Source of the DNA: Paraphysomonas bandaiensis | Lineage: Eukaryota > Protista > Chrysophyceae | Direction of reading: 5' to 3' | NCBI GenBank assembly: GCA_965644295.1 | Contig: CBFFRP010000297.1 | Coordinates: 682,001-746,000 of the forward strand | DNA: 64,000 nucleotides | Shown here: piece by piece, positions 50,901 to 61,489 of the stretch | Layout of the letters: the number at the start of each line of letters is the position of its first letter | Numbering within the stretch: the stretch's first letter is position 1 | The notes under the pieces: generated by a model | Databases searched by the model: none | What the model was told of the DNA's origin: nothing | What the model saw: the letters and a program-made list of their open reading frames with translations, nothing else | Program-made: the position numbers and the translations under genes

Positions 50901-52736
50901 TTTGAAAAGATCAAATTGATGATCCATGAATGTCCAACATTATTTTTCATTGATGACGAGTCACCAATATATTTATTGACCGATGCATCTGATTATGGAA
51001 TAGGAGCATACCTCTACCAAGTAGTAGATGGTGTAGAACGTCCAATAGGATTTCTCAGTAAAACATTCGATGAAAGAATGATGAATTGGGATACACCTCA
51101 GAAAGAAGGATATGCTATATACTATGCCTTAGATAAATGGGACTACCTATTAAGGTATAGATACTTTACGATCAAAACAGATCATAAAAATATTACTCAG
51201 TTGAGAACTGATTACGCTAAGGATAAGAAAGTTCAGCGATGGTTGAAATGTTTCCAAGCATATGATTATGATCTATGTGATATTAAAGGATCTGATAATG
51301 TTGTTGCTGATGCATTTAGTAGACTATGTGCATTAGAATCTAAAATGGAAACAAAATGTGCTTCCCTAATTCCCGATATTAAAGTTCCAAACAAGGAATG
51401 GGAAATTATTAAAAGATTTCATAACAATGTTACAGGTCATCATGGTATTGATCGTACAATACAAAAATTACGAGACAATGGTCATAAATGGTCAAAGCAA
51501 GGGGCACATGTGACAAAATTTATTAAAACTTGTCCTTGTTGTCAAAAGATGAGTAGAATTAAACCAATAATTAATGCTCATCCCTTTACTGTCTCAACAT
51601 ATGGCCCGATGCAAAGAATAGCAGTGGATTTTATTCAGAGTCTGCATCCAGATGAGGATGGATACACTAATATATTAGTGATTATCGATTCTTTTTCTAG
51701 GTGGGTAGAATTAATCCCTACTAAGAATCTCACTGCCATGGCGGCGGCAAAGGGATTGCTTCAACACCTGGGTAGATATGGAGCACCTATTGAGATTCAT
51801 TCGGATCTTGGACCAGCATTTGTGGATGATTTAACAAAATCATTGATAGAAATGGTTGGAAGTAATCAATCATTTTCGATGGCGTATTCTAAAGAAGAAA
51901 ATGCTATAGTGGAACGTGCTAATAAAGAAATTTTAAGGCACTTAAGAAATATTATATTTGATAAAAATGTACTAAATAATTGGTCAATGTATCTACCTTT
52001 AGTACAAAGAATTATGAATTCTTCTAAACATAGAAGCACCGGCGTTACTCCCGCTAGTATTCTATTTGGGAATGCAGTAGATTTAGATAAGAGTTTATTC
52101 ATTGAACACAATGAGAACTTGGACGGGAACGAACAAAAGCTATCACATTGGATAGATAGAATACAAAAGGTTCAGTCCACTATTATGGATGTTGCAAGAC
52201 GAAATCTTCGCAAACATGATGAAATCCACATGGCAACTGCACCAAATATACAAACAAAAGAATTTCCAATAAATTCTTATGTGTTAGTTGAGCATAGACA
52301 AAATGCTTTACGTCCTGGACCGGCAAGTAAGTTATTACCATATCTTAAAGGTCCAATGCGAGTAGTCAATGTTATTGGAGACAAATATACTCTTCAAGAT
52401 ATTGTTACTAAACGTAATAAAGACTATCATATAAAGAAATTAAGGGAATTTAATTACGATCCCTCTACTATTGACCCCTTACAAGTGGCATGTAAAGATG
52501 GTGGAAACTTTTATGCTATTGACCATATTTCAAAAATAAAAGGTCGAGCTAAAGGTCCGAAAAGTCAAATAAAATTTCTAGTACATTGGATAGGGTATGA
52601 AAAACCTACATGGGAACCATGGGCTAACGTTAGAAAAACGTATGCTCTACAAAATTTCCTAACTCAACATCCTGATGAAAATGTAAGAAATTTACTACCT
52701 CGAAATGTGGTTTATTCTTCTGATGAAGAAGATTAA
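47904..52736 (+). CDS. Gag-Pol polyprotein (Zn knuckle, protease, RT, RNase H, integrase, chromodomain)
   Basis: CWICGNLHKGDC; LLDTGA; WRFCVDY and YLDD; TDASDYGIG; HHCC plus AVDFI/SDLG/ERAN integrase; chromodomain FLVHWIGYEKPTWEP. Confidence 0.97.
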   Translation: MGESKRSKIKAAPQIEELLAASGSSSKKTKRERESSRKRARDATTSSQMQSSPQTETSVEAEGELSGVSFRELSSSQPKRKKQRSGDPHPNRSERIDLNEVIATESTPHEVINTDSIPYLGSVQDEDIIEFCENLSKRDPKGTKFIRSEIMAPTVRDMLQFQRQQDFGDESDEDWLDPNIVTTEELIQWLKQAFLEEEERYSDTLEPLPRFIDNIIGPKVKVDIHVPKVFLKEYGRLNELYKLIPEASLTEVASDTIVKTLKKNIKLVGGHSFRKDAKEKFIADIGQGQSAPKDFGAFCRKVRELNNDYSQAVRKVKRMETKLDSKETSKSNKTKNTKTSSSSSSSSTKATTDTKEACWICGNLHKGDCTRKTCAWANHEKKPWKDSTQGKKYAVMGWSTCPYVENPDGPPRSKTSKLSCPKCLYINAIDMNNDMLDVFVYPKADVNVQQVKENLRAKALLDTGATGNNFINQELADMLVARYRIPLHECNIKICSALDNACCSSKQYMIITIRLTDEYNNTLDIELQCLIIDSTFDIIIGRETIKKYRLVDHFPSHFMERELAGKMLATAAGHAEKTQLLSEHISERATCYNNMETLRRQAKEHLSYNNNLLTSNSLVSTMYSPPISSMRISAYEKEDIGEIRDNYLESIPEEIVTNTQEKVEGTTLPTKISGPESLQRRVREIHEIYKDRFRTTVSDMPMDVPPFELEVDRDAWEQPKHCGPPRKMDRVRQYACKKQIDTFVEHGIIQPSTAPYYSQVLLVPKPNDKWRFCVDYKGLNKHTQRERWPIPNIKEMLERIGSKKPKYFIILDLVSGYYQAKISEYSRKWTAFITFWGVFEWLRLPMGLSGAPSYFQRVLTTIVLAGLIMFICELYLDDLIIYASTEDELIENYVKVLERFRKYNVYINPEKVKIGESEVQYVGHTLNEEGLHFTRERLDSVLNFPKPETMKGLKSFLGLANYFRDHVHNHSLVVRPLNKMLLNYHRRKRLQWTEDANEAFEKIKLMIHECPTLFFIDDESPIYLLTDASDYGIGAYLYQVVDGVERPIGFLSKTFDERMMNWDTPQKEGYAIYYALDKWDYLLRYRYFTIKTDHKNITQLRTDYAKDKKVQRWLKCFQAYDYDLCDIKGSDNVVADAFSRLCALESKMETKCASLIPDIKVPNKEWEIIKRFHNNVTGHHGIDRTIQKLRDNGHKWSKQGAHVTKFIKTCPCCQKMSRIKPIINAHPFTVSTYGPMQRIAVDFIQSLHPDEDGYTNILVIIDSFSRWVELIPTKNLTAMAAAKGLLQHLGRYGAPIEIHSDLGPAFVDDLTKSLIEMVGSNQSFSMAYSKEENAIVERANKEILRHLRNIIFDKNVLNNWSMYLPLVQRIMNSSKHRSTGVTPASILFGNAVDLDKSLFIEHNENLDGNEQKLSHWIDRIQKVQSTIMDVARRNLRKHDEIHMATAPNIQTKEFPINSYVLVEHRQNALRPGPASKLLPYLKGPMRVVNVIGDKYTLQDIVTKRNKDYHIKKLREFNYDPSTIDPLQVACKDGGNFYAIDHISKIKGRAKGPKSQIKFLVHWIGYEKPTWEPWANVRKTYALQNFLTQHPDENVRNLLPRNVVYSSDEED

Positions 52737-52801
52737 TAACAAAGTTTACAGAATTGAGTGTCAATATAACACATTAACACATCAATTATAAGGGGAGGTA
52801 G

Positions 52802-53118
52802 TGTAGGACTATCCACTTACATATAGAATATATACGTGTACATGTCCTGTATTATATGATTAGTAGTACAGTACTGTATTGTATACGTGTACCATGTAGT
52901 TAGGAATACAAACTGTAGGGAATGTGATTGTTGGGATTAGCAATAGCCGTTGATATTGTAGACAGTATTATTAGCCGTTGATATTGTAGACAGTATTATT
53001 AGCCGTTGATATTGTAGACAGTATTATTCATGATTCATTATACGATAATAATCATTATTTTGTACTTCTGTACTTGGGTATTGCTTTGCACACATACACA
53101 TATGTATGCAAGCCCACA
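52802..53118 (+). repeat. 3' LTR
   Basis: Direct repeat of 47538-47854, preceded by the PPT. Confidence 0.96.
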
Positions 53119-54047
53119 ACATTACATATCGGGTATTTACTCATCTTCGGCTGTATTATATTATTGAAGATACAGTCGTCGTAAACCCAAATTTCTTTAT
53201 ACAGGAAGGGCAGTTCTGCTTACCAAACCCAGATTCATTTTGTCAAAATCCCATAGGAATTCGGTTCTATGAATCTTTTGGGAAGCTAATGCTTCTCTCA
53301 TTTCTACATGATGGTGCTTTTCCAACATGGCTATCTCCAATTGTAATTGCTTTTTGCTGTAAACAAGACGATTCCCATTTGCATTTGGAAAATGAAATTC
53401 TCGAGCAGCATGACATGGGGTATTTGGTACAATCATCGACCGAAGAGTTACTCGAGGTAGCGAATGGTTTGTATATTCCCACATGTGGGAATGAAACCCA
53501 GGAAACGTTGAAAACGACAATATCTAACTACTCATTGATAGAGCGCCGAAAATTATGCATGTTAGCGATCAAGCAGGGTTTCTGTGGTGGACAAGTAATC
53601 ACAGACTTAGCACTGCATGATGAGGAGGAATTCATCGACAGTGTTTACAATGTTTGTAGTGATGCTACGACGTTCGTTGAATCGTGTATTTGGGAGTCCG
53701 CTAATGTTGAGCAAGCTCATGTACTGAATCTATTGAATGATGTTGTCACAAACCGACTCATGGATGACCAAATATGCAAATTGATGGTTTTCATATGCGG
53801 GAACAACAACTATCCTGTGGAACCACACATAACCTTCGAATTCCATGGGAATGCGTTAATATTACCGAAAAGTCACACTTGCCACAACCAGTTGGATTTA
53901 TCAACAACCAGGTACGATGGAAATGTAACAGATCAGGACTACCACCAAAACCAGACGTTGAGAGATTTTTTTGGCAGTCCTCCTGTCGACCGACTGCTCA
54001 ATGACTTGCTCACGTGCTTTGACACTCGTGGTTTTGGATTTGCTTGA
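53106..54047 (+). CDS. HECT-domain E3 ubiquitin ligase ORF (5' end interrupted by the Gypsy insertion)
   Basis: Catalytic motif LPKSHTCHNQLDL, KLMVFICG, terminal GFGFA. Removing the retrotransposon restores GGVFKDITYRVF, the HECT N-lobe start. Confidence 0.82.
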   Translation: MQAHNITYRVFTHLRLYYIIEDTVVVNPNFFIQEGQFCLPNPDSFCQNPIGIRFYESFGKLMLLSFLHDGAFPTWLSPIVIAFCCKQDDSHLHLENEILEQHDMGYLVQSSTEELLEVANGLYIPTCGNETQETLKTTISNYSLIERRKLCMLAIKQGFCGGQVITDLALHDEEEFIDSVYNVCSDATTFVESCIWESANVEQAHVLNLLNDVVTNRLMDDQICKLMVFICGNNNYPVEPHITFEFHGNALILPKSHTCHNQLDLSTTRYDGNVTDQDYHQNQTLRDFFGSPPVDRLLNDLLTCFDTRGFGFA

Positions 54048-54699
54048 ATATATATGACGTTGTTCGATTAGACGATTGAATGTATATGACGTTGCGTTTT
54101 TACTCTGATTCGATATTATGTAATAAAATTTATACGTCTTCTTGTCGAGAATTATTTGTGGTAATAACCTAGGTGAAATCTATATTATTTTATAATATAG
54201 CTACCCTAATACTCCGTCTTGTTGGTATATATTGCTGAACAGCAAAGCATGTGAAAGATTAACAGTCACATACATTAGTTATACGTCATCGGTGGGCCTA
54301 TCGTTAATGAATTAGGTAATACCTATTGGGTAGCTAAATAGGTGGTGCCTATAGGTTTGTTATTAGGAACAACTATCAGATAACCGGTGTACTTGTAGGT
54401 ACTACCTAATTGTAGTATCTAATTCTCACCAATAGGCAGTACCTATAGACTCTTCAAATTACAACGACAACACAATAAAAGCGAAGTAAAGCAATCAAAT
54501 CCAAATACCTCATCAATAACTTCTACGCCAAACGAACAACATCGCTCACCCGTACCACACCAATGAAATAGAAGTACCGTGCTCACCCCAAATATCCAAA
54601 TATCCCAAAGCCTGAACAATCATCATTTTCTTTCGACTCTTCTGTATCAGGCTTAATGGGACTTCGACCGCTATGAGCTCATGTGGATCCAGACTTTAA

Positions 54700-55674
54700 G
54701 CAATGTCGACCTCAGAATGCGGTCTCCACCCTGCAGGTGTTTGGGACAGTCGAAGAGGACTGATGCTTCCAGGGTCACAAGTCGGATTCTGGTAGCAGCG
54801 ACGCATGTACATGAGGCGTTTGTGCGCAGCCAACAATCACCTTTTCGCCAAAAACTTTGTCTCGTGGACTGGGTATTGCGTCATCATGTGAAATGTTTTC
54901 GTTATGTAATCTGATTTGTATTTCTCTGATTCGAGAAGAAATGAAGACTCCTATAATCTCCTGTGTGAAGCTCGGCCCAAGTCTGTTATCAATGATGAGT
55001 CAATTGTGTTGCCAGTGCATAACAGTGGATAGACTGTGAAAGATATATAAAGCACAGCCAAGCGAGCGTTTGCTGTGTTCGTCCGACCCTCTGCATCATC
55101 CAAGCCCTGTGACAGTGTTGAATCGTGACTATTAAAGTGTCTTCATCTCATCTATCGGGAATTGCGTTCGTCTGATTCTGTTTTCATCAAAGGAGAAAGA
55201 TCAGAATTCAAAAACAGTCTCTTGACTGTCAGTGCGAGGAAACTGTCAGTAGGTAAGCTGCCATGGCTATCGTGTACAGTATTGGTGGTGCCGTATTGAC
55301 CGTCATCCTTGTCAGTAGCAGGGGCTACATCTAAGTACTCTGTAAGCATGCATGCTATCTACACTATAACCTCTGAGGAGTGTCCCAGAGTAAGTGATAT
55401 GATCGAGTGGATTTATTCTATTGTTGGGTGTGTACGAGTCAGATTCACGCGATGTGTCAACATCGTCGGCTCGCTTCTCAATCACCTCCACCACTTCTGT
55501 GTAGAATGATATGAACTGCCGTTCGAATGTACTAAATGTGTCGTCTCGAATCTGTTTGTTTCCTCTTACGCCACTCTCATAGGTCGCAATGTACTCGCCC
55601 CATAGTCTGGACAGTAACTGTCCTTCCCCGTCCACACTATAAGTAAAGTAAATGCACAGTTGGTATTGATGCAT
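54700..55674 (-). pseudogene. Degraded coding-like cargo fragment inside the MULE
   Basis: Protein-like minus-strand frames broken by stops and a frameshift; no family recognised. Confidence 0.3.
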
Positions 55675-56427
55675 ACATACATATACAAATATAAAACAGA
55701 CATATCATTGAATGCATAGAACACCAAGTAAGTACACGTACATCTTTACATATCATACTGTATGCATATGTATACCTGAATGTGTACTCTCTACGTCAGG
55801 CTGAGAGTCCACCTGTATAACCGGCATCACATCCTCCACTCTGGGGACACTCTCACTACTAGACTGGTCCCACTCTGACTTTGGCACCTACAAGTATGAG
55901 GATACATAAGAGCGACATTTATTGCAGCGTTATATTTGTGAGGGTACGAACACATATACACTGTAGGTCACTACACATCTAGACATGCATATATAATTAA
56001 CATATTCACACTCAGAAAAATACACACATATATGGATATAGGAAATCCGGGTTTTCCAGCTTTGAAAGGAAGTGGGATTTATAGGAAGTTGGAATATAGG
56101 AAGTGGAAATCGATGATTTCAAAGCTCTACACTCATGTTCCATACGAAAAAACACAATACAAAAAAATAAAGTGGGACTCCGCTTTGTCGAAAACCGTCT
56201 CCGTGTGTAAGATCATCATGTGGTTGAGATGTAGGTTGAATATGAAGTGTGAAGTTGACAACTTGATGTTCCACTTCGTCTACTCAGATACTATAAGATC
56301 CACATACATACATATATACATACACACACACATGTCTATATGTATGTGTATATGTAGGTGGATCTATCAGTCTACTCTCAGTCCTTTACTGTATAGTTAA
56401 ACAACTCAACTCATCCATTTCAATACA

Positions 56428-57789
56428 ATGCAATTCATTCCAGATGATGATAAGATTGGTCGAATTCAAGTACTCTGTAAACATGAGGATATGATAAAGA
56501 GCAACCATGAGATCGAGGCTCATATACACAGATACATCTCCTCATTAGAGAAATCACATCTACAGATTGTTATATGCGGGGGAGGGAATGCTACTCATGT
56601 CTTAGGGGCATATATAGGGGCACATGATAACACACAGTGCTCTATACTTAAGATGAATACACATTATGAGACATTCAAACAAGCATTGTGTTCGTATGAT
56701 AATCATATCACTGCAACTCATCGATGTGGACGACCGGATATCACTGGTGTGATTGATCTAGTTACTGATCGTCCAGAAGAAGTCATACCAGAGGCTGATG
56801 TTGTTATCATATCGATTCCTGCAGATTCTCATGAGTTTTATTTTACGGCTATCTCTGAATACTTATCACCAGGAACAATGGTCGGTGTTATGGTAGCAGA
56901 AGGAGGAACGGACTGGTCTGCACGATATTGCTTTGGTGATAAAGAAGACGAAATAATATTTTTCGCAATGGAAACTCTCCCCTGGGCTTGTCGATACGAG
57001 GAATATGCCCATCGTGTGGCTGTGAGAGAGACAAAGCAAATCACTAATGTTGCAACTGATCCTCCATCGAAAAGATTCGAAGTATGTGCAGTGCTTCAAT
57101 ATTTGATTGGCCAACCCCAGGGAAAGGATGGCACTGGACCCTCTCTACCAGAGTTTCATCCAGTCAGCACCATGTTGAGTATGACTCTAATGAACATGAA
57201 CGCGTTTGTGCACCCAAGCATTATATATTGCAAGTTCAAAGACTGGGATGGAATCACACCCTTTACTGAGAAGCCATTGTTCTATGAAGGCGTAGACGAT
57301 ATCACTGCCGCTACTCTGAAGTCACTTAATGTGGAGATTAAAGCAATAAAGCATGCGATTCTGGAAGCCTATCCTACCGTAGATTTATCTAATGTGGTAT
57401 GTATACTGGAGTGGTTGAGACATGTATATGCAGACCCTATACCTGATGGAGCTGATATGAAGACCTCAATGAACTGTGTGTGCAAGCTATCTGGGCGTTA
57501 TGCGGGCATACTTCATGTGATGGATGAGGTGGAAGGTGGATATGTACCTGATGTGACGTACCGATACTTTACAGAAGATGTACCTTGCGGATTGGTTGTA
57601 ATCAAAGGAGTCGCTGAGCTGTTTGGTGTGGAAACACCAACTATGACAGAAATCATAGAGTGGATGCAGCAGAAAATGGGAAAACAATATATTGTTGATG
57701 GAAAAGTTTGTGGAAAAGACCTAAAAGAGACGAAAGCGCCTCAGCGATTTCAACTCAGCGTTGAAGAAGTAATGACTCGTTACATCTAA
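56428..57789 (+). CDS. Opine dehydrogenase (octopine/tauropine dehydrogenase family), intronless
   Basis: Rossmann ICGGGNATH; METLPWACR; N..VHPSI; PLFYEG; RYFTEDVPCGL; TP....IIEWMQ. Confidence 0.9.
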   Translation: MQFIPDDDKIGRIQVLCKHEDMIKSNHEIEAHIHRYISSLEKSHLQIVICGGGNATHVLGAYIGAHDNTQCSILKMNTHYETFKQALCSYDNHITATHRCGRPDITGVIDLVTDRPEEVIPEADVVIISIPADSHEFYFTAISEYLSPGTMVGVMVAEGGTDWSARYCFGDKEDEIIFFAMETLPWACRYEEYAHRVAVRETKQITNVATDPPSKRFEVCAVLQYLIGQPQGKDGTGPSLPEFHPVSTMLSMTLMNMNAFVHPSIIYCKFKDWDGITPFTEKPLFYEGVDDITAATLKSLNVEIKAIKHAILEAYPTVDLSNVVCILEWLRHVYADPIPDGADMKTSMNCVCKLSGRYAGILHVMDEVEGGYVPDVTYRYFTEDVPCGLVVIKGVAELFGVETPTMTEIIEWMQQKMGKQYIVDGKVCGKDLKETKAPQRFQLSVEEVMTRYI

Positions 57790-58833
57790 CCACTCTTCTC
57801 TGCAGCAAGCTGCAGACTCACCTTGCCATCGATATTTCTATTATCAATTTTAAGCTATTGATTGATGTTTGAAACTACTGCCCGCTTATATTGTGATGTT
57901 GCGTACGCAGAACCACAATATTTTTATGCAGTACCCAATGCCATTATTTTATCATATGTTAACACAAATAACACTGAAATAAGTTTTATTACAGTATATA
58001 TAAACTGAGTTAGCTTTGTTACAATATATATGTAGCTTTCAGCAAGTATGACTACTCTTCAGCTATTTCATGCACATTTTGTGTAGGCGGGTAAAGTAAA
58101 GTGCAGCGACTAGTAGTTCTTTTCGAAGAAAACACTGACACACAGAAGACAAATAAAAAATATAAGAAAGAATTTTGCGAAGTTGAAGAGAAAATAAGGA
58201 AAACTATGATGAATATATTGTATGTATTGTTTTCAAAGTAATGCAGGCACAAAATTCTAAGATCGCATTGGAGTGTATGAAGGTATGAGTCATTTTCATG
58301 GTCCCATAATAAAACTTCATTTTCATTGCAATGTATGATTTCTTGCGTGAATAAAACCCTGAAGTATGCATAGTTTTCTCTGGGCTGATTACGACCTTTC
58401 ACAGGGCTTTACCTTCTAGACTATTGATTATGTATCATTATATATGTAGTATTTACTGAAACTAGTACTTGGATGTCTTAACTGTAGCTGTGGCAAAAGT
58501 AATAGTAGTAAGTAGCTCATTACTCATGAATACCTGAAACTTGTGGTGTGTGAAGGTAAACTCGGAGCTTAACTACTTCTACTACTAACCGAAAGTATCA
58601 TCACGAAGCAGTTTCGTTCGCACATTAAAAGTGTAGATAGGTACTAAGTTTGTCAACTCAAACGTCATGTTGCGTGATATTTTATTACATGGTTAAAATG
58701 TCTGACACTTGAATCACTTCTCCATGAGTTGTTTCACATATCAGCCCCCAATTATAGGCATTAGAACTACGCTGGTACATAATGCGGAGCATTCGTCCCA
58801 CAGTATGGGCCGCTCAACTACTTAACCTAACAC

Positions 58834-59694
58834 TTAGATGTCATCCTCGTCCTCAGGGATGGGGCAAGCGGCGGCCTCGTCGAGCTCCTGGGCGTACCGT
58901 TGCTGGTCCGCCATATCGATGTGCACCTCTGGGGGGCGAATAGCCGGGGCCTCCACGAAACGAAGAGAGTTATCACCGGAGAGCTTTCTGGCGAGCCACA
59001 AGAAAGGCCTCTCGAAGTTATAATTTCCCTTAGCGGATATTTCAAAGTATTGGAGGTTCTTCTTTCTGTGGAATGTAATTTGCTTCGCCTTAACCTTTCT
59101 GTCTTTGATATCGACCTTGTTGCCACAAAGCACTATCGGAATGTTCTCGCACACACGTGTAAGATCTCTGCATATCAAGTTAATTCAAACTATCACTATA
59201 CAATAAAGCCAATCATACCTATGCCAGTTAGGAACACTGCGGTATGTGATTCTGGAAGTGACATCGAACATGATAATCGCGCACTGTCCCTGGATACTAC
59301 AAGACAATCCCATTACCCTCCTTACTTCACATGCAATGAATAGATGAATCACTTACTAGTATCCATCTCTTAGACCACCAAACTTCTCTTGTCCAGCAGT
59401 ATCCCATACATTAAATATGATCTCACCAAGATTTGTATGAAATTTCAATGGATGAACTTCAACTCCAAGTGTTGCTATACTTCATTATGAATACACTTCA
59501 TGCTATTATCCAATCAGATGAACTTACCAACATATCGTTTTTCAAATTCTCCAGTTAAATGACGTTTAACGAACGTGGTTTTCCCAACTCCACCATCACC
59601 TACTAGAATCAGCTTGAATTCAGGTACTTGTGCCTATAAAATAATCCAATAAGATCATTGAAAGTGTTTTCATATCATTCATATAGTTTACCAT
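58834..59694 (-). CDS. RAN: Ran GTPase, multi-exon
   Basis: [48 protein letters not shown], acidic tail EDEDDI. Confidence 0.98.
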
Positions 59695-60116
59695 GTTGAT
59701 ATGAATATATAGTCACTTGATTAGTGAATGACTGACTGACTGCTTGCTATGATGTGACTTTATGCAGGCCAACTCCCTGCATGTTATGTATGGTATGTAC
59801 AGTATGTATGGTATGTATGGTGCGTATGGTGTGTAGGGTAGGCACACCCCTCAAAAACCTCTCATTTCAAGTTCGAAAAAGCTTCTATTGTTAGACACAC
59901 AAATAAGGATCTTTAAAAGACACTTTCTATGAAAGAAAATTTTCAGTTTCTTGCAATTTCCTGATTGGATAGTGATCGAGTGGCTTTGCCTGTACATGTA
60001 TGTATAGAGTAGATGGACGCCCAGTAACTGTATAGATGGACGGTAACTGTATAGATGGACACAGATATCACATACATACATAGAGATAGTTGTTTAATAA
60101 TAGAATAACAAGAAGA

Positions 60117-61489
60117 ATGAGTGAATTCTCTGCTACTGCAATGGATGAAAATGATTGTTCTACTATCATGAAGGGCACGGAGGCATGAATTCATTCATTG
60201 TGTTATGTATTTTCATAACATATATATGTGTTGATTGCAGGCTGATAAAGCCGCTGATTTCGCTAACTACTTTTGCTCTTATGCATATCTGTATCATCAA
60301 AAACAGATGGTAGGATATAATGTTTGTATAAAGTCACTCTGATGTGCATATGTTTCAGTTGATGGATCATGTGCGTATGAGAGCGTATCACTCTGCTATT
60401 ATGTCAAACAAAAGTTTGTTTGAAGGAAAGGTATGAAGAGGTTGTCAATAGTAAATTAAATTCATGTTACTCAATGATAGGTCATTCTAGATGTTGGAAC
60501 TGGGAGTGGGGTGTTGTCCATTTGGGCTGCTCAAGCAGGTGCGGCGAAGGTGTACGCTATTGAGTATACCGATATGGCCAAACATGCCAGAGCCCTAGTG
60601 GAGGCCAATGGTGTATCAGATATTGTGGAAGTTATGCAAACTTCTGTTGAGGATTTGGAGCTGCCCTGTAAGGTGGATATTATTATATCAGAGTGGATGG
60701 GATACTTCCTGCTGAGAGAGAGCATGCTTGACTCCGTCATAAGGGCACGAAATAGATGGATGAAGCCCGAAGGAAGCATGTTCCCTTCTAACGCCACAAT
60801 GTACTTTAGTCTAGTGTCTAATGAGCAGGACAGAGAGGGTAAATTCAATGAGTACTGCCACTCAATGCGGGAGTGGAATCTGTTCAGTCGTGAGATGAAA
60901 GAGTACTATACCATTAACATGGATGTGCTGGAGCCAAACTTCGTGAAGGAGCAAGAGGACTACTACATATACTCGTCCCTGTGGACTGAGCTGCAGCCAG
61001 AGCACGTCGTCGGCCAGCCTGTGATTATTAAACGACTAGATTTAAATACATGTACCCTCGAGGACGCCTTAGGAGTGGAGCCAGCGCAGTATTCCATTGA
61101 TGTACCCTTCCCAGTCAGAGTATCGGGGTTCGCAGGGTGGTTTACAGTTGATTTCGCCGGATCTGTGCAAACTCCGGTAAGTCACTGTTCTGAGATTGGA
61201 AGTTTTTCCTAACGATGTATTTCGAGCTAAATTTTCAAGTGCACTTCTGACGGGTATTTTGTAGGCAACTCGTAGAGTGACTTTATCAACAGGACCGGAG
61301 ATGGGTTACACTCACTGGGGACAGCAGGTGTTTTACTGGAAGGAGCCAATAGACTGCACTCCCGGTACTTCTGTGTGCGGTACGGTCGAAATGGTCAGAC
61401 AAGAAAAGAACAAGAGACTCTACAATGTGCAGGCCACATGGAGAGCAGATGACGGGCCTATATGCAAGGGTATTTACGAGATCCCGTAG
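60117..61489 (+). CDS. Protein arginine methyltransferase (PRMT10-like), 5 exons
   Basis: DFANYFCSYAYLYHQKQM, ILDVGTGSG, IISEWMGYFLLRESM, THWGQ. Confidence 0.92.

Larger units (their letters stand above)
47538..53118 (+). mobile_element. Full-length Ty3/Gypsy chromovirus-type LTR retrotransposon
   Basis: Two apparently identical 317-bp TG...CA LTRs, 4-bp TSD ACAT, PPT AAGGGGAGGTAG before the 3' LTR, and a single intact gag-pol ORF. Confidence 0.97.
46183..56202. mobile_element. Mutator-like (MULE) DNA transposon, ~10 kb including the nested Gypsy element, carrying a HECT ORF
   Basis: 24-bp imperfect TIRs (GGAGACGTTTTTTGACAAAGTGGA vs reverse complement GGAGACGGTTTTCGACAAAGCGGA). Inverted subterminal CCACTTCCTATAAA motifs at both ends. 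FLYWCH plus DGTF transposase remnant. Possible offset TSD ATCATCAT (46168-46175, 56212-56219). Confidence 0.65.

Noticed and set aside
47516-53266. Back-spliced circular RNA origin for the 166-bp unit
   Set aside because: The junction retains the CAG acceptor-like bases and GTT, which splicing would remove.
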